20,000 bases of DNA. Origin: an uncultured virus (IMG/VR IMGVR_UViG_3300027984_000004). Lineage: Duplodnaviria; Heunggongvirae; Uroviricota; Caudoviricetes. Of the stretch, positions 8,109 to 16,586 are shown in pieces (position 1 is the stretch's first letter; each line of letters begins with the position of its first letter). The translations under genes were made by a program, and so were the position numbers. The DNA is taken from the IMG/VR virus record IMGVR_UViG_3300027984_000004; one strand, 5' to 3'. The notes beneath the pieces were generated by a model. The model did not search any database. It saw only the letters and a list, made by a program, of their open reading frames with translations, and was not told the origin of the DNA.

Positions 8109-8720
8109 TTATTTCGTAACTGTTATAATTGAACGGCCATAACCGGCATTGCGCCATTGTAAAAAAGCTTTATACTTTGAATATTCCAATAACTCCATGA
8201 CTAACTTTTCATATTTAGGATCAAGCAATTCAATCTCAAAATCAAACGTTGTCCCTACTGGTACAGTTTCACTATTAGCTAATGCAATCCTTTCCCCTTG
8301 TGCCGTCTGCCCCCGCAATGGACGTTGAATATTCCCTACTATGCCCTGTTCTGCCCCTTCATAAACCAGCGGAATCTTTCGCGGGAATACAAATACGCAA
8401 TCTGTTAAAATCTTTATATAAGCTTTAGTTTTAGCTGTTTCCGATGTAGAAACACGTGCCATTGCCTGAGCCGCCGCTTTCAAGAATCCTTTTATCTGAT
8501 AATCCCACATAAAAGGTTGGCCGTCAGGTTTGCCATTCAAGCGTGGGAATACCGTCTTTGCTTTTTCAATTACCTCTGTTATGCCTATTGCCGATATCTC
8601 TTCCGTTGTACTTTTAGCATCCGGCGCTTTGCTGGCAATGTATTCCTCATGAAGATTTGGATCTGCGCTGGTAGTCCCCAACATTTCCGTAATTAATTCA
8701 GCATGGCATTTCAATACCAT
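8109..8720 (-). CDS. Stand-alone Cas7/RAMP-like protein
   Basis: 203 aa; N-terminal strand + LG (ELITEMLGT), P...YQIKGFLK.A helix, E.VP.GT.F.FEI.LL and a C-terminal Gly-loop-like LQWRNAGYGR, the layout of RAMP (Cas7/Csm3-like) folds. Confidence 0.72.
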   Translation of the reverse strand: MVLKCHAELITEMLGTTSADPNLHEEYIASKAPDAKSTTEEISAIGITEVIEKAKTVFPRLNGKPDGQPFMWDYQIKGFLKAAAQAMARVSTSETAKTKAYIKILTDCVFVFPRKIPLVYEGAEQGIVGNIQRPLRGQTAQGERIALANSETVPVGTTFDFEIELLDPKYEKLVMELLEYSKYKAFLQWRNAGYGRSIITVTK

Positions 8721-8724
8721 ATAA

Positions 8725-8856
8725 TCATAAGCTCCTTTTCAAATAATCAATAGCGCGTACTATCGCAAGAATTGCGCATTGACCATAATCTGTACTATAC
8801 CAACTGCATGAACATTTACAAGGTTGCCCGGATAAAGGGCATATACCAGATGTCAT
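8725..8856 (-). CDS. Small Cys-rich protein (43 aa)
   Basis: MTSGICPLSGQPCKCSCSWY...CAI; ATG overlaps the thioredoxin TGA; SD GGAGG upstream. Confidence 0.6.
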   Translation of the reverse strand: MTSGICPLSGQPCKCSCSWYSTDYGQCAILAIVRAIDYLKRSL

Positions 8857-9104
8857 CTGAACCATTCCTCCAAATCTTCCCGTGATAAAACTTCTGGATG
8901 CGTCTTTATCGGCCAACCGTCATCACCCAGCAAAACCAGTTTAGGCAATGATGTTACTCTATACTGCTCTGCTATCTTGGGTTCCTGTTCAATATCAATC
9001 TTTTGGAACTCAACTCCGTATTTAACGCATATACCTTTTACAACTGGTTCATACTGCACACAAACGCGACACCAAGGCGCTGTAAACATAAACATTTTCT
9101 TCAT
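8853..9104 (-). CDS. Thioredoxin-family protein
   Basis: FTAPWCRVC (CxxC), IDIE, Y.VTSLP; SD GGAGG before ATG 9104. Confidence 0.88.
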   Translation of the reverse strand: MKKMFMFTAPWCRVCVQYEPVVKGICVKYGVEFQKIDIEQEPKIAEQYRVTSLPKLVLLGDDGWPIKTHPEVLSREDLEEWFR

Positions 9105-9124
9105 AATTCCAACCTCCAAAAAAT

Positions 9125-9328
9125 TTATAGAGTTAATTGCTCAACGTTGTCATTTGCATGTAAAAATGCGCCGCTTTTAATTTGATTTTTAACTAAAACC
9201 TTAGATTTTTTAAGCCCTGACAATGTATAACCGGAATCCAGTATCAATTTAAGCATTTCCGGCGCATATCCTCCATTCTCAATATCTGATTTGAAAATAC
9301 ATGTATCACTATGCCATATCTCAAACAT
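9125..9328 (-). CDS. Hypothetical protein
   Basis: 67-aa ORF that fills the operon gap exactly. Confidence 0.6.
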   Translation of the reverse strand: MFEIWHSDTCIFKSDIENGGYAPEMLKLILDSGYTLSGLKKSKVLVKNQIKSGAFLHANDNVEQLTL

Positions 9329-9330
9329 AT

Positions 9331-10350
9331 TTATTCTGGTCTCCCATACATAGATATAAGATAATCAATATTTATATTTTTCAATTCAAAATGACATTTA
9401 TCTGGGGTATTCCAGTTTCCTCCCCATTCTAATCCTAAATATTCTCCTATTTTCCCGCATTTATTTAAAAAGTCCTCATCATACTCCTTTCCCTTAATAT
9501 TTTGACATATATCGAAACACATACCCCATTGGTGGAATGATTTGTATTCACTGCCTTTAGCGTTAGTGATTATCTCCCCCGAGAATGTACGCCCTTGTGC
9601 GTAAAATAAATCCTGTTGTTCTTTTGTCCTTATGGTCTCTGTTATCTTAACATCTAACCCATTATTTCTGGCTATTTCAATAAACTGCTCCATTTTAGCC
9701 TTCAAATTAGGGTTCAATCCTTTCCATAATGGAGAAGGTTTATAATATCTAAATACATGCGCTGGATAATTACTGTCACCATATCGTTCCATATTTAACC
9801 TATCCGCTTGCATATTAGCAAATAACTTAGAATTTTCTTTTGAATATCCACCGCGCTGTTTAGCCCAATATATATATCCTTCTCCATAATTATACCCCTG
9901 CAAAGCTAACTTAATGTTATCCAAATCATTAGGTGAACCCACATTAGCCGCTTTTAAACAATCAGCTAAATAATGACATCCACAGTTTATTGAATACTCA
10001 ACATCTTTTATTCCGTTAGGTTTAGAATCGTATTTTTTATTATACTTGCATTCTGCGCTTTGCATTAAATCTGATGTTTTACTTGTGCCTAATGCCCCCC
10101 ATTCTTGACGGCATACTGCCAATATAAGTTTTTTGTATCTTATTATACCGTATCTTTCAGCGTATTTGTCAATCAAACTAGAATATTTCATAATATCATC
10201 TGTTATCCCGACGTTTATCATATCACCGCCAGAATAGCCAACAATATTTACTGGCGGCGCATTTGGCAATTTGATAGCATTAGCGGCATATGCTGACGCT
10301 GGATACAACGCTATACATGCCGCTAATAAAATTGATACAAATCCTTTCAT
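9331..10350 (-). CDS. Secreted peptidoglycan hydrolase: signal peptide + CwlT-type lysozyme-like domain + M15 (L-Ala-D-Glu) peptidase
   Basis: Signal peptide ending AYA; QE..G, DLMQSAE, ALQGYNYG; RT..QQ..YAQGRT, SFHQWG.CFD, D..HFE. Confidence 0.87.
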   Translation of the reverse strand: MKGFVSILLAACIALYPASAYAANAIKLPNAPPVNIVGYSGGDMINVGITDDIMKYSSLIDKYAERYGIIRYKKLILAVCRQEWGALGTSKTSDLMQSAECKYNKKYDSKPNGIKDVEYSINCGCHYLADCLKAANVGSPNDLDNIKLALQGYNYGEGYIYWAKQRGGYSKENSKLFANMQADRLNMERYGDSNYPAHVFRYYKPSPLWKGLNPNLKAKMEQFIEIARNNGLDVKITETIRTKEQQDLFYAQGRTFSGEIITNAKGSEYKSFHQWGMCFDICQNIKGKEYDEDFLNKCGKIGEYLGLEWGGNWNTPDKCHFELKNINIDYLISMYGRPE

Positions 10351-10377
10351 GTTTTACTCTCCCGAAAATCTCTTTAT

Positions 10378-11568
10378 TTATTTTAATAAATTATCTGGAG
10401 TTCCATACATTGATTTATAATCTTGTGGCGCAAATCCATTTAATTCAAAATGACCAGCATCCCCAAGTTTAGACCAATTTCCACCCCAATTCATCCCTAA
10501 TGACATTCCTATGCTTCCTACCTTGTCAAAAAAGCCTCCATCATTTGAATATTCAGCACCGGGCGCATTCCTGCATACATCAAATGCAACACCCCATTCA
10601 TGAGCGCTCTCATAATCATTACCATTAGCGTAGGTAACTATTGCACCCGGTTTAGTTCTACCCTGCGCATATAATGCATTCTGTCGCTCAACCGTCCTGA
10701 ACGTTTCCGTTACTTTTACCGGAAGTCCTGCCGCATTGCATAATTCCAGGAATTGATTCATCTTAGTTTGCATTTCAGGTATTAAACCATATATACTGTC
10801 TGAATTTGAACGTTGATAAACGCCGTAATATTGTAAAACCCTATTTGCATATTTTTTATCCCCATACCTATTCCACCCTAATTTTTGTGCTTGCATATCT
10901 GAAAAACTGCAAGCTTTTTCCTCTAATGTTCCTATGCCTGAATTTGCGTAATTTACAAATCCGCCCCCCATATTATAAGCATATAAAGCAAGTTTAATTC
11001 TTTCAATGTCTGTAGGCGATTGCACATTAGCTAGATGTAATACTGTAGCCAATTCATGGATTCCACAATCTATGGAATATTCTTCATCCTTAATTGAATT
11101 TGGTGTATTAGGATACAATTTATTATACTGGCATTCGCTTGATTGGAGTACATCCGGGCCATATCCACTGTTTTCCTGTTGCGCCAATGCTTTTATTAAT
11201 TCAATATATTCTGATATCCCGTATTTATCAGCATACTTTTCAAATAGTGGCGTGTATTGTAATACCCTATTATTTACATTTGCTCTTACTACTTCTTGGA
11301 TGCCTACCATCTGATTAATTGATTGGGTTATTGAATGAATGGCCGGTTGTATTTCTACCGTTCCAGTACCATCCTGTACTTCCCAACCCAAAACTCGATC
11401 ATCATCCCATTGTACTTGCGGTACATCATTCCACTTTACCAAGGCATTATCTGCGCTCCATTGAACTGTATTATCAACCTCCCCCCAATTAAATGTCCCA
11501 GCAAATGCATAAACTGGAGTAGTTAACATTAGTACAATAAAACCGGTTACAATTAACTTCTTTTTTAT
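10378..11568 (-). CDS. Paralogous secreted lysozyme-like + M15 peptidase (probable ATA start at 11568; first ATG at 11529)
   Basis: QQENSG, DVLQSSE, ALYAYNMG; RT..RQ.ALYAQGRT, SAHEWG.AFD, D.GHFE. Upstream extension yields a full signal peptide xKKKLIVTGFIVLMLTTPVYAFA. Confidence 0.85.
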   Translation of the reverse strand: MKKKLIVTGFIVLMLTTPVYAFAGTFNWGEVDNTVQWSADNALVKWNDVPQVQWDDDRVLGWEVQDGTGTVEIQPAIHSITQSINQMVGIQEVVRANVNNRVLQYTPLFEKYADKYGISEYIELIKALAQQENSGYGPDVLQSSECQYNKLYPNTPNSIKDEEYSIDCGIHELATVLHLANVQSPTDIERIKLALYAYNMGGGFVNYANSGIGTLEEKACSFSDMQAQKLGWNRYGDKKYANRVLQYYGVYQRSNSDSIYGLIPEMQTKMNQFLELCNAAGLPVKVTETFRTVERQNALYAQGRTKPGAIVTYANGNDYESAHEWGVAFDVCRNAPGAEYSNDGGFFDKVGSIGMSLGMNWGGNWSKLGDAGHFELNGFAPQDYKSMYGTPDNLLK

Positions 11569-12266
11569 TTTTGCTCATCCAATGGAGTGTAATAAGGCGC
11601 ATTTTCAGGCAAGATCGGAGTGCTGGCTTGCCAAGCCAATGCTTCTTTATAGTGGGCATCCGTTTCAGAAGGCCATATAATATCATTGGAATACTGGTTT
11701 ATATTATTAACAATTTGATCCGTTATTTCATGGGGCTCAGTTTTTGGCGGATAATTAATATCAAACCAAGGCATTCCAGGTATATGCCTAGTCATATTAA
11801 AATCTGCATACATCTGTTGACGTTCAGCGTCTGTCATTTGATAAAGATTGGCTGTTCCTATAGCGGCAGTTACGTCATTGTACATTTGCTTAATTTGCTT
11901 ATCTGAATCTGTTAATTCTGTCTCCGGCGTAGTCAACCATATTAATGATTTAAACTGAGCATCGTCTATTTGACTTTGTGTAGCTCCTACTACAGCCCTC
12001 TGTTCTGGTGTCATATTTCTTAATCCAGTAGTATCATCACCAAACACCATCCAAGACAAATCTTTAGTAGCTTCTTTTCTAGCCGCTTTTCCTGCTGTAT
12101 CAACAGCTTTTGCGGCAATCTCACTTGTGGCTTTGTTTACTTGCGTAGTAAGCACTCCCGCGCCATTAGCAACTGCCGACAATGGCTCGTTTGAACCAAT
12201 ATTTAGATTAGCTAATATATATAACCCTACGATTGTGCCGATAATAGTTAAAATCGTTTTTGTCGT
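11565..12266 (-). CDS. Hypothetical membrane-anchored protein (probable ACG start at 12266)
   Basis: Frame is open 28 codons upstream of the track start, encoding xTKTILTIIGTIVGLYILA; SD AGGAGG is 7 nt before ACG. Confidence 0.7.
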   Translation of the reverse strand, partial: TTKTILTIIGTIVGLYILANLNIGSNEPLSAVANGAGVLTTQVNKATSEIAAKAVDTAGKAARKEATKDLSWMVFGDDTTGLRNMTPEQRAVVGATQSQIDDAQFKSLIWLTTPETELTDSDKQIKQMYNDVTAAIGTANLYQMTDAERQQMYADFNMTRHIPGMPWFDINYPPKTEPHEITDQIVNNINQYSNDIIWPSETDAHYKEALAWQASTPILPENAPYYTPLDEQK

Positions 12267-13634
12267 TTACTTTCCTCCTAATCTTTTTGCCCACTCATCA
12301 GCAGTGGGCATACTAGTATCAATTTCATAAGGCTTTACTTGAGTTATTGCAGATGGAAGGTTTGCGCTATTTAAACGTTCCTGCCATCCGCTGGAATCCT
12401 TTGGTAAATTGGTATCTATTCCTGGCAATAAGCTTTGCGTTGGTGTCAATTCCGATTTCTTAATCTCTATCCCTTTTTGAATAGCATCATATAACTTATC
12501 AGCTTCTGTTTTTGCTGGTACTGGCGCTAATGTTGGAATAGGAACCGGCGTAGGCTTTGCCGGTTGCTTTGGGGCTTCTGTTGGCTTTAACGGCATATTA
12601 GTAGGTACACGTACTGGCGTATTTGTTGCTATTGGTTGCACATCATCCTCTACTTGTGATTTTTTTTTTATCAATTCCGGTTCAGGAATCGGCGTATTGG
12701 TTGCTGTAGGTTTTGGCGTTGGCGTAGGTGACAATGTAGGCATAGCTATTTTCTTTACTTCAACATCCGGCCTAATCCTCAGAATTACATCTGCATCCTG
12801 TAAACCTGGCGTATCTTCTGGCACGTTCCCCGCCCTCATACGTATACACCATTGCGCTTTGCTTGTATCTGATATCTCAATATAATTTTGTGCCGATGGA
12901 TCTTTGTAAAGCAGTGAGTATCCTCCATCAAGCAATGTATAAATCTCATCATTTATAGAAAAAATATCACCTGGCTGGCTTTTCGACGGTTCTATAAATA
13001 AAACTAAATCCGGTCTATCCTGCAACTGTTGTACAAACTTCTTTGATTCCTCTACTGCCACTCCATACGGCCATATAACGCCGTCTTTTAATAGTGTATA
13101 CGCTTTACCTCCAGTAATAACAATATCTCCCGGCACAGCATCTTTAGGCAAAACATGTATAGTTGTTTTTACTAATTCGTCTACCGTCTTCCAAGGTTTA
13201 GGCTGGCTCGCCAAAACTGGTATTATCGTTGGCGTAGGGGTCAACGTGGGTTCTTGTATCTGCCCAGACCAATCAGGAACTGATACCGTACCCAAATATC
13301 CATTTGGATCAAATGTCGTATTAGGCTGAGTGCTATTCGAAACCTGTGTGGATTGTTGTTCTTTAATTATCTGCTTGACAACTCCAGCAATATCATCTAA
13401 TGTAATAGAGGGCTTTGTACTGTTTGATTCTTGTATTGGCGCTTGGCTTAACGCTGATTGAGTATCCATGCTGGTACTGGCCGACAACAGCACAGGTTGC
13501 GCCTTTCCACCCGGAGCTTCCGCCTGTGCTGTTTTGCTCAATTTAGATAAATCAATATTAATCACGCCGCTAAATATTAAAAACCCAGCTATTACCGCAA
13601 ATATAATTAACGCCGCTGTATTATTACTATTCAC
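12267..13634 (-). CDS. Membrane-anchored Pro/Thr-rich protein with an internal duplicated domain
   Basis: N-terminal TM segment, PTPT linkers, two copies of PGDI....G/D..YTLL..G. Confidence 0.75.
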   Translation of the reverse strand: MNSNNTAALIIFAVIAGFLIFSGVINIDLSKLSKTAQAEAPGGKAQPVLLSASTSMDTQSALSQAPIQESNSTKPSITLDDIAGVVKQIIKEQQSTQVSNSTQPNTTFDPNGYLGTVSVPDWSGQIQEPTLTPTPTIIPVLASQPKPWKTVDELVKTTIHVLPKDAVPGDIVITGGKAYTLLKDGVIWPYGVAVEESKKFVQQLQDRPDLVLFIEPSKSQPGDIFSINDEIYTLLDGGYSLLYKDPSAQNYIEISDTSKAQWCIRMRAGNVPEDTPGLQDADVILRIRPDVEVKKIAMPTLSPTPTPKPTATNTPIPEPELIKKKSQVEDDVQPIATNTPVRVPTNMPLKPTEAPKQPAKPTPVPIPTLAPVPAKTEADKLYDAIQKGIEIKKSELTPTQSLLPGIDTNLPKDSSGWQERLNSANLPSAITQVKPYEIDTSMPTADEWAKRLGGK

Positions 13635-13640
13635 ATAACA

Positions 13641-13874
13641 TCAATCCTTCAAACCGCGCCATTCCCAATGGCACGATTCTTCCAAGCATAAGCTTAATTT
13701 ATCATCCGATTTGCAATATTTGCAAGTTTTACACATATTTATTGGATTTAAATCACGTATTGCTAATTTCAACGCATTCATCAGGAAACGAATATCACTC
13801 GCCTTTATTTTTTCATTCGTACCACCATCTAGCTTTTCGGCTATCCTATCAATTCGTTCCATAATTTCTTTCAT
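13641..13874 (-). CDS. Small hypothetical protein with a Cys cluster (CxxCxxC...C...C.WEWRG)
   Basis: 77-aa ORF within the operon. Confidence 0.7.
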   Translation of the reverse strand: MKEIMERIDRIAEKLDGGTNEKIKASDIRFLMNALKLAIRDLNPINMCKTCKYCKSDDKLSLCLEESCHWEWRGLKD

Positions 13875-13882
13875 GGAAAATC

Positions 13883-14923
13883 CTACTTTCTTAAATATTT
13901 AGCCCAAATATCTTCTGCGGTACGCTTTTTTATTTCCCTCTTTTGTTCAGGAACATCAATAGCCACATTTAATGATTCCAATGCATCTACCTTTTTTTTC
14001 GCTCGCAACATTTGACGCTTTTCATTTGCGCTTTTTACATAATTAGCTATTCCATTTAAACGCGCTTGCGGCGCTGATAATCCACTTAACAAACAAACTG
14101 TTTCATCTGGATTAACAGATTGAAACGTTGCTAACGGTTCTCCGTATTGTTCCTTTATTTTTTGCAAATCTATACTTGCCGATGCTGATAATACAACATA
14201 TTCTATTAATTCATCTTTTTCTGCTGGAACATATATCCCACCAGATAACGCGCTTAACATACGCTCCGTAGATGATTGTTCTTTCGTTAACCGTCCGATA
14301 ATACCATATCCACCAGCCGTTAACGACCTTTTTAAATCAGCATTATCAATTACACCATCAATATTCTTTACGTCTGGTAATCCTAACAATGATATAAAAT
14401 CATTTACAAATGTTTCGTTAATAAGTTTCTTATCCTCAGCCTTTGAATTATCTATTGCAAACACGGAACAAATACCGTCAATATTTTGCATTTCTCGCAT
14501 CGCTTCTACAGCGTTAGCTTGCGCTTGCAATGATTCGTTTTGCGACGGCAAAACTACAATCGCCCCGATATTCTTATCTGGATACGTTCCAATAAGATTA
14601 TCAATTAACATTGGTGATGCGCCCGATCCTGTGCCCCCGGCGGCTGAAAAAATTACATATACAAAAGGAGTTTTCAATTTATCGTCTATAAACTGATTAA
14701 TCTTACTCCATTCCCCATTTGTGATTAAACGTTTTGAAATATTTCTGTCTTTAGCACTGCCCTCAGCACCAGTTATATGATAGGGTTGTTTGGCTTTTAT
14801 AGTTTCCAAATCCTCTATTGATGTGTTTATGCACACAACATTAAATCCAGCAGATTCAAACAACTTTCCTATGTTTCCGCCGCATTGCCCTATTGCCAAA
14901 AATGACACGTCATTTCTATTCAT
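13883..14923 (-). CDS. Tubulin/FtsZ-family GTPase (TubZ/RepX-like)
   Basis: IGQCGGNI, INTS..D, GSAKDR, signature AAGGTGSG, DN and ID.AD T7-like loop; SD AGGGAG. Confidence 0.9.
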   Translation of the reverse strand: MNRNDVSFLAIGQCGGNIGKLFESAGFNVVCINTSIEDLETIKAKQPYHITGAEGSAKDRNISKRLITNGEWSKINQFIDDKLKTPFVYVIFSAAGGTGSGASPMLIDNLIGTYPDKNIGAIVVLPSQNESLQAQANAVEAMREMQNIDGICSVFAIDNSKAEDKKLINETFVNDFISLLGLPDVKNIDGVIDNADLKRSLTAGGYGIIGRLTKEQSSTERMLSALSGGIYVPAEKDELIEYVVLSASASIDLQKIKEQYGEPLATFQSVNPDETVCLLSGLSAPQARLNGIANYVKSANEKRQMLRAKKKVDALESLNVAIDVPEQKREIKKRTAEDIWAKYLRK

Positions 14924-14954
14924 TACTTTTTTAAACTCTCCCTTTTTATTTTTT

Positions 14955-15242
14955 TTAATTTTGTATAACCTTGCTAATCACACTATTATAAAACTCCAGA
15001 CCTTCCGGCGTTAGATAAAACGTTTTTGCCTTATTATCGGTTAACCCATATGCCGTCATGCCGACATCAACCAATCTTACCAATCTATGATAGATTGTGC
15101 GCTCCGTTACTCCTGCCTGTGTTATTTCCTTAGATTTCATTGCCGTAATTGGATTAATTACACCAAACTCTGCCAACGTCTTGATTATATATGCATCCGT
15201 CCTGCTTAATTCCATTTTTCGCTTTTCGCACCCTCCTTTCAT
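14955..15242 (-). CDS. Winged-helix DNA-binding protein (TubR-like position); start may be 15215
   Basis: T.RTIY.RL..L...G......FYLT.EG wHTH pattern; directly upstream of the tubulin gene. Confidence 0.75.
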   Translation of the reverse strand: MKGGCEKRKMELSRTDAYIIKTLAEFGVINPITAMKSKEITQAGVTERTIYHRLVRLVDVGMTAYGLTDNKAKTFYLTPEGLEFYNSVISKVIQN

Positions 15243-15249
15243 TTTACAT

Positions 15250-15274
15250 AAAAGGCCACCGATATCAGCGGCCT
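15250..15274 (-). terminator. Probable intrinsic terminator after the secreted-protein gene
   Basis: Minus strand AGGCCGCTGATATCGGTGGCCTTTT: GC-rich hairpin with G-U pairs and a short U run. Confidence 0.55.
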
Positions 15275-15292
15275 AATTCATATTTTTTAAAA

Positions 15293-15679
15293 CTAATTAT
15301 TATAAGATACTTTAAAATTTACCGTTCCGTTAGCCACCGCCTTTGTCGCAGAATCGTTTGTTGGCGTTAAATAAAATGTATACCAGGCTCCATTCACAAC
15401 TATTAGTCTTTTTGTAACGGTTCCAGCGCCGGATATTGAACTTATGCATGATTGTTCCTTACTGGTTTTTCCAGTACCAGGTACAGTTTTCGTATAGGTT
15501 ATTTTATATTTGCCGCTTTCATTCCCGGTTGTCTTTAATTTTACCGTTTGAATTAAATGATAATTATCAACATATATAGTATAATGCAGTTTATTCTGCT
15601 TATCCGCCGCTAATATGGCCATTGCCGTACATACAGTTAACGCTACAATAATCAATCCACTGATTGTTTTCTTGAACAT
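15293..15679 (-). CDS. Secreted hypothetical protein
   Basis: Signal peptide MFKKTISGLIIVALTVCTAMAILA; SD GGAGG; beta-rich, basic mature region. Confidence 0.72.
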   Translation of the reverse strand: MFKKTISGLIIVALTVCTAMAILAADKQNKLHYTIYVDNYHLIQTVKLKTTGNESGKYKITYTKTVPGTGKTSKEQSCISSISGAGTVTKRLIVVNGAWYTFYLTPTNDSATKAVANGTVNFKVSYNN

Positions 15680-15763
15680 TTATCATGACCTCCAAGTCGA
15701 ATTATTTTGTCATAGTTTTAGTCGTTTGTTTCCTTGCGTTCCATTATCACTCCTTTCAAATAT

Positions 15764-15804
15764 ATTATATGATACTTGATAACAAATGGATGCATTGCTT
15801 TCAA
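15764..15804 (-). promoter_or_regulatory. Promoter with conserved 18-bp upstream box (copy 2)
   Basis: TTGAAAGCAATGCATCCA - 17 bp - TATAAT. Confidence 0.7.
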
Positions 15805-15819
15805 ATAGTTTTAAAATAT

Positions 15820-16562
15820 TTATTCGACAATTTCATCTAATCTTATCTGAAATTTTTCACTTTCAATTCTTGCCAATGCTTTTTTATAATATTCCTCGTT
15901 TATTTCAAATCCACAATATTCATATCCTGCGAGATAACAGGCAATCAATGAACTGGCTGAACCTACATGTGTGTCAAGTATTTTATCCCCAAGTTTTGCA
16001 AATTGATTTAATAGCCAGGTGTATAATTTTATTGGCTTTTGCGTCGGATGCCATCTTTTTTCGGAATACTTTGACGTATTTCCAGCTTCTCCAAACGGCG
16101 AAATCTGGACTATTTTGGCATTGCGATTAAAGGAAGTCCATATATATTCGCACATCGCCATGCTAAAATTTTCAGGCTGTAGTTTATCCCAAATCATAAA
16201 ACAACGCGTCGGCGGCAACGAAAAATAATTCGCGCCAAATATTACCTGATTTTTGCTTACCCGAAACAATTCTTTAAAATACTCTTGTGTTGGCGCAACA
16301 TCCCAATCAATTATAGATTTACCATATTTAGTAAACCAACTACCTCCAGTTCTTTTAACTTTTATATCTGGTTTATATTTATCAAATCGTTGGCCAAATC
16401 TTGATCCATCTGACACATCTGACAAATCCTTCCCTGCGCCGCCATAAGGAGGAATCATGGATCGACAATAGCTAAATCAAAAAACTTATCAGGAAAGGTT
16501 GCCATTCCAATCATGCAATCTCCGTTGTACAAATTATTCAATTCATATATTGTCGATCCCAT
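15820..16562 (-). pseudogene. Beta-class N4/N6 DNA methyltransferase split at DPPY (ORFs 16455-16562 and 15820-16458)
   Basis: MGSTIYELNNLYNGDCM..M..FPDKFFDLAIVDP* then MIPPYG...HPTQKP...ILDTHVGSASS; removing 8 nt restores VDPPYG. Confidence 0.88.
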
Positions 16563-16586
16563 AAAACCACCTCCGATCCATAAGCA

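Noticed and set aside
11489..11686. 65-aa minus-strand ORF
   Set aside because: Out-of-frame overlap with two better-supported genes.
15243..15292. tubC centromere iterons upstream of the wHTH gene
   Set aside because: Only a terminator-like hairpin is visible; no direct-repeat series.
15763..15792. Sporulation-sigma promoter (GCATC-N17-CATATAA)
   Set aside because: The sister copy at 17260-17300 lacks the CATA and both share TATAAT, so a sigmaA -10 plus regulator box fits better.
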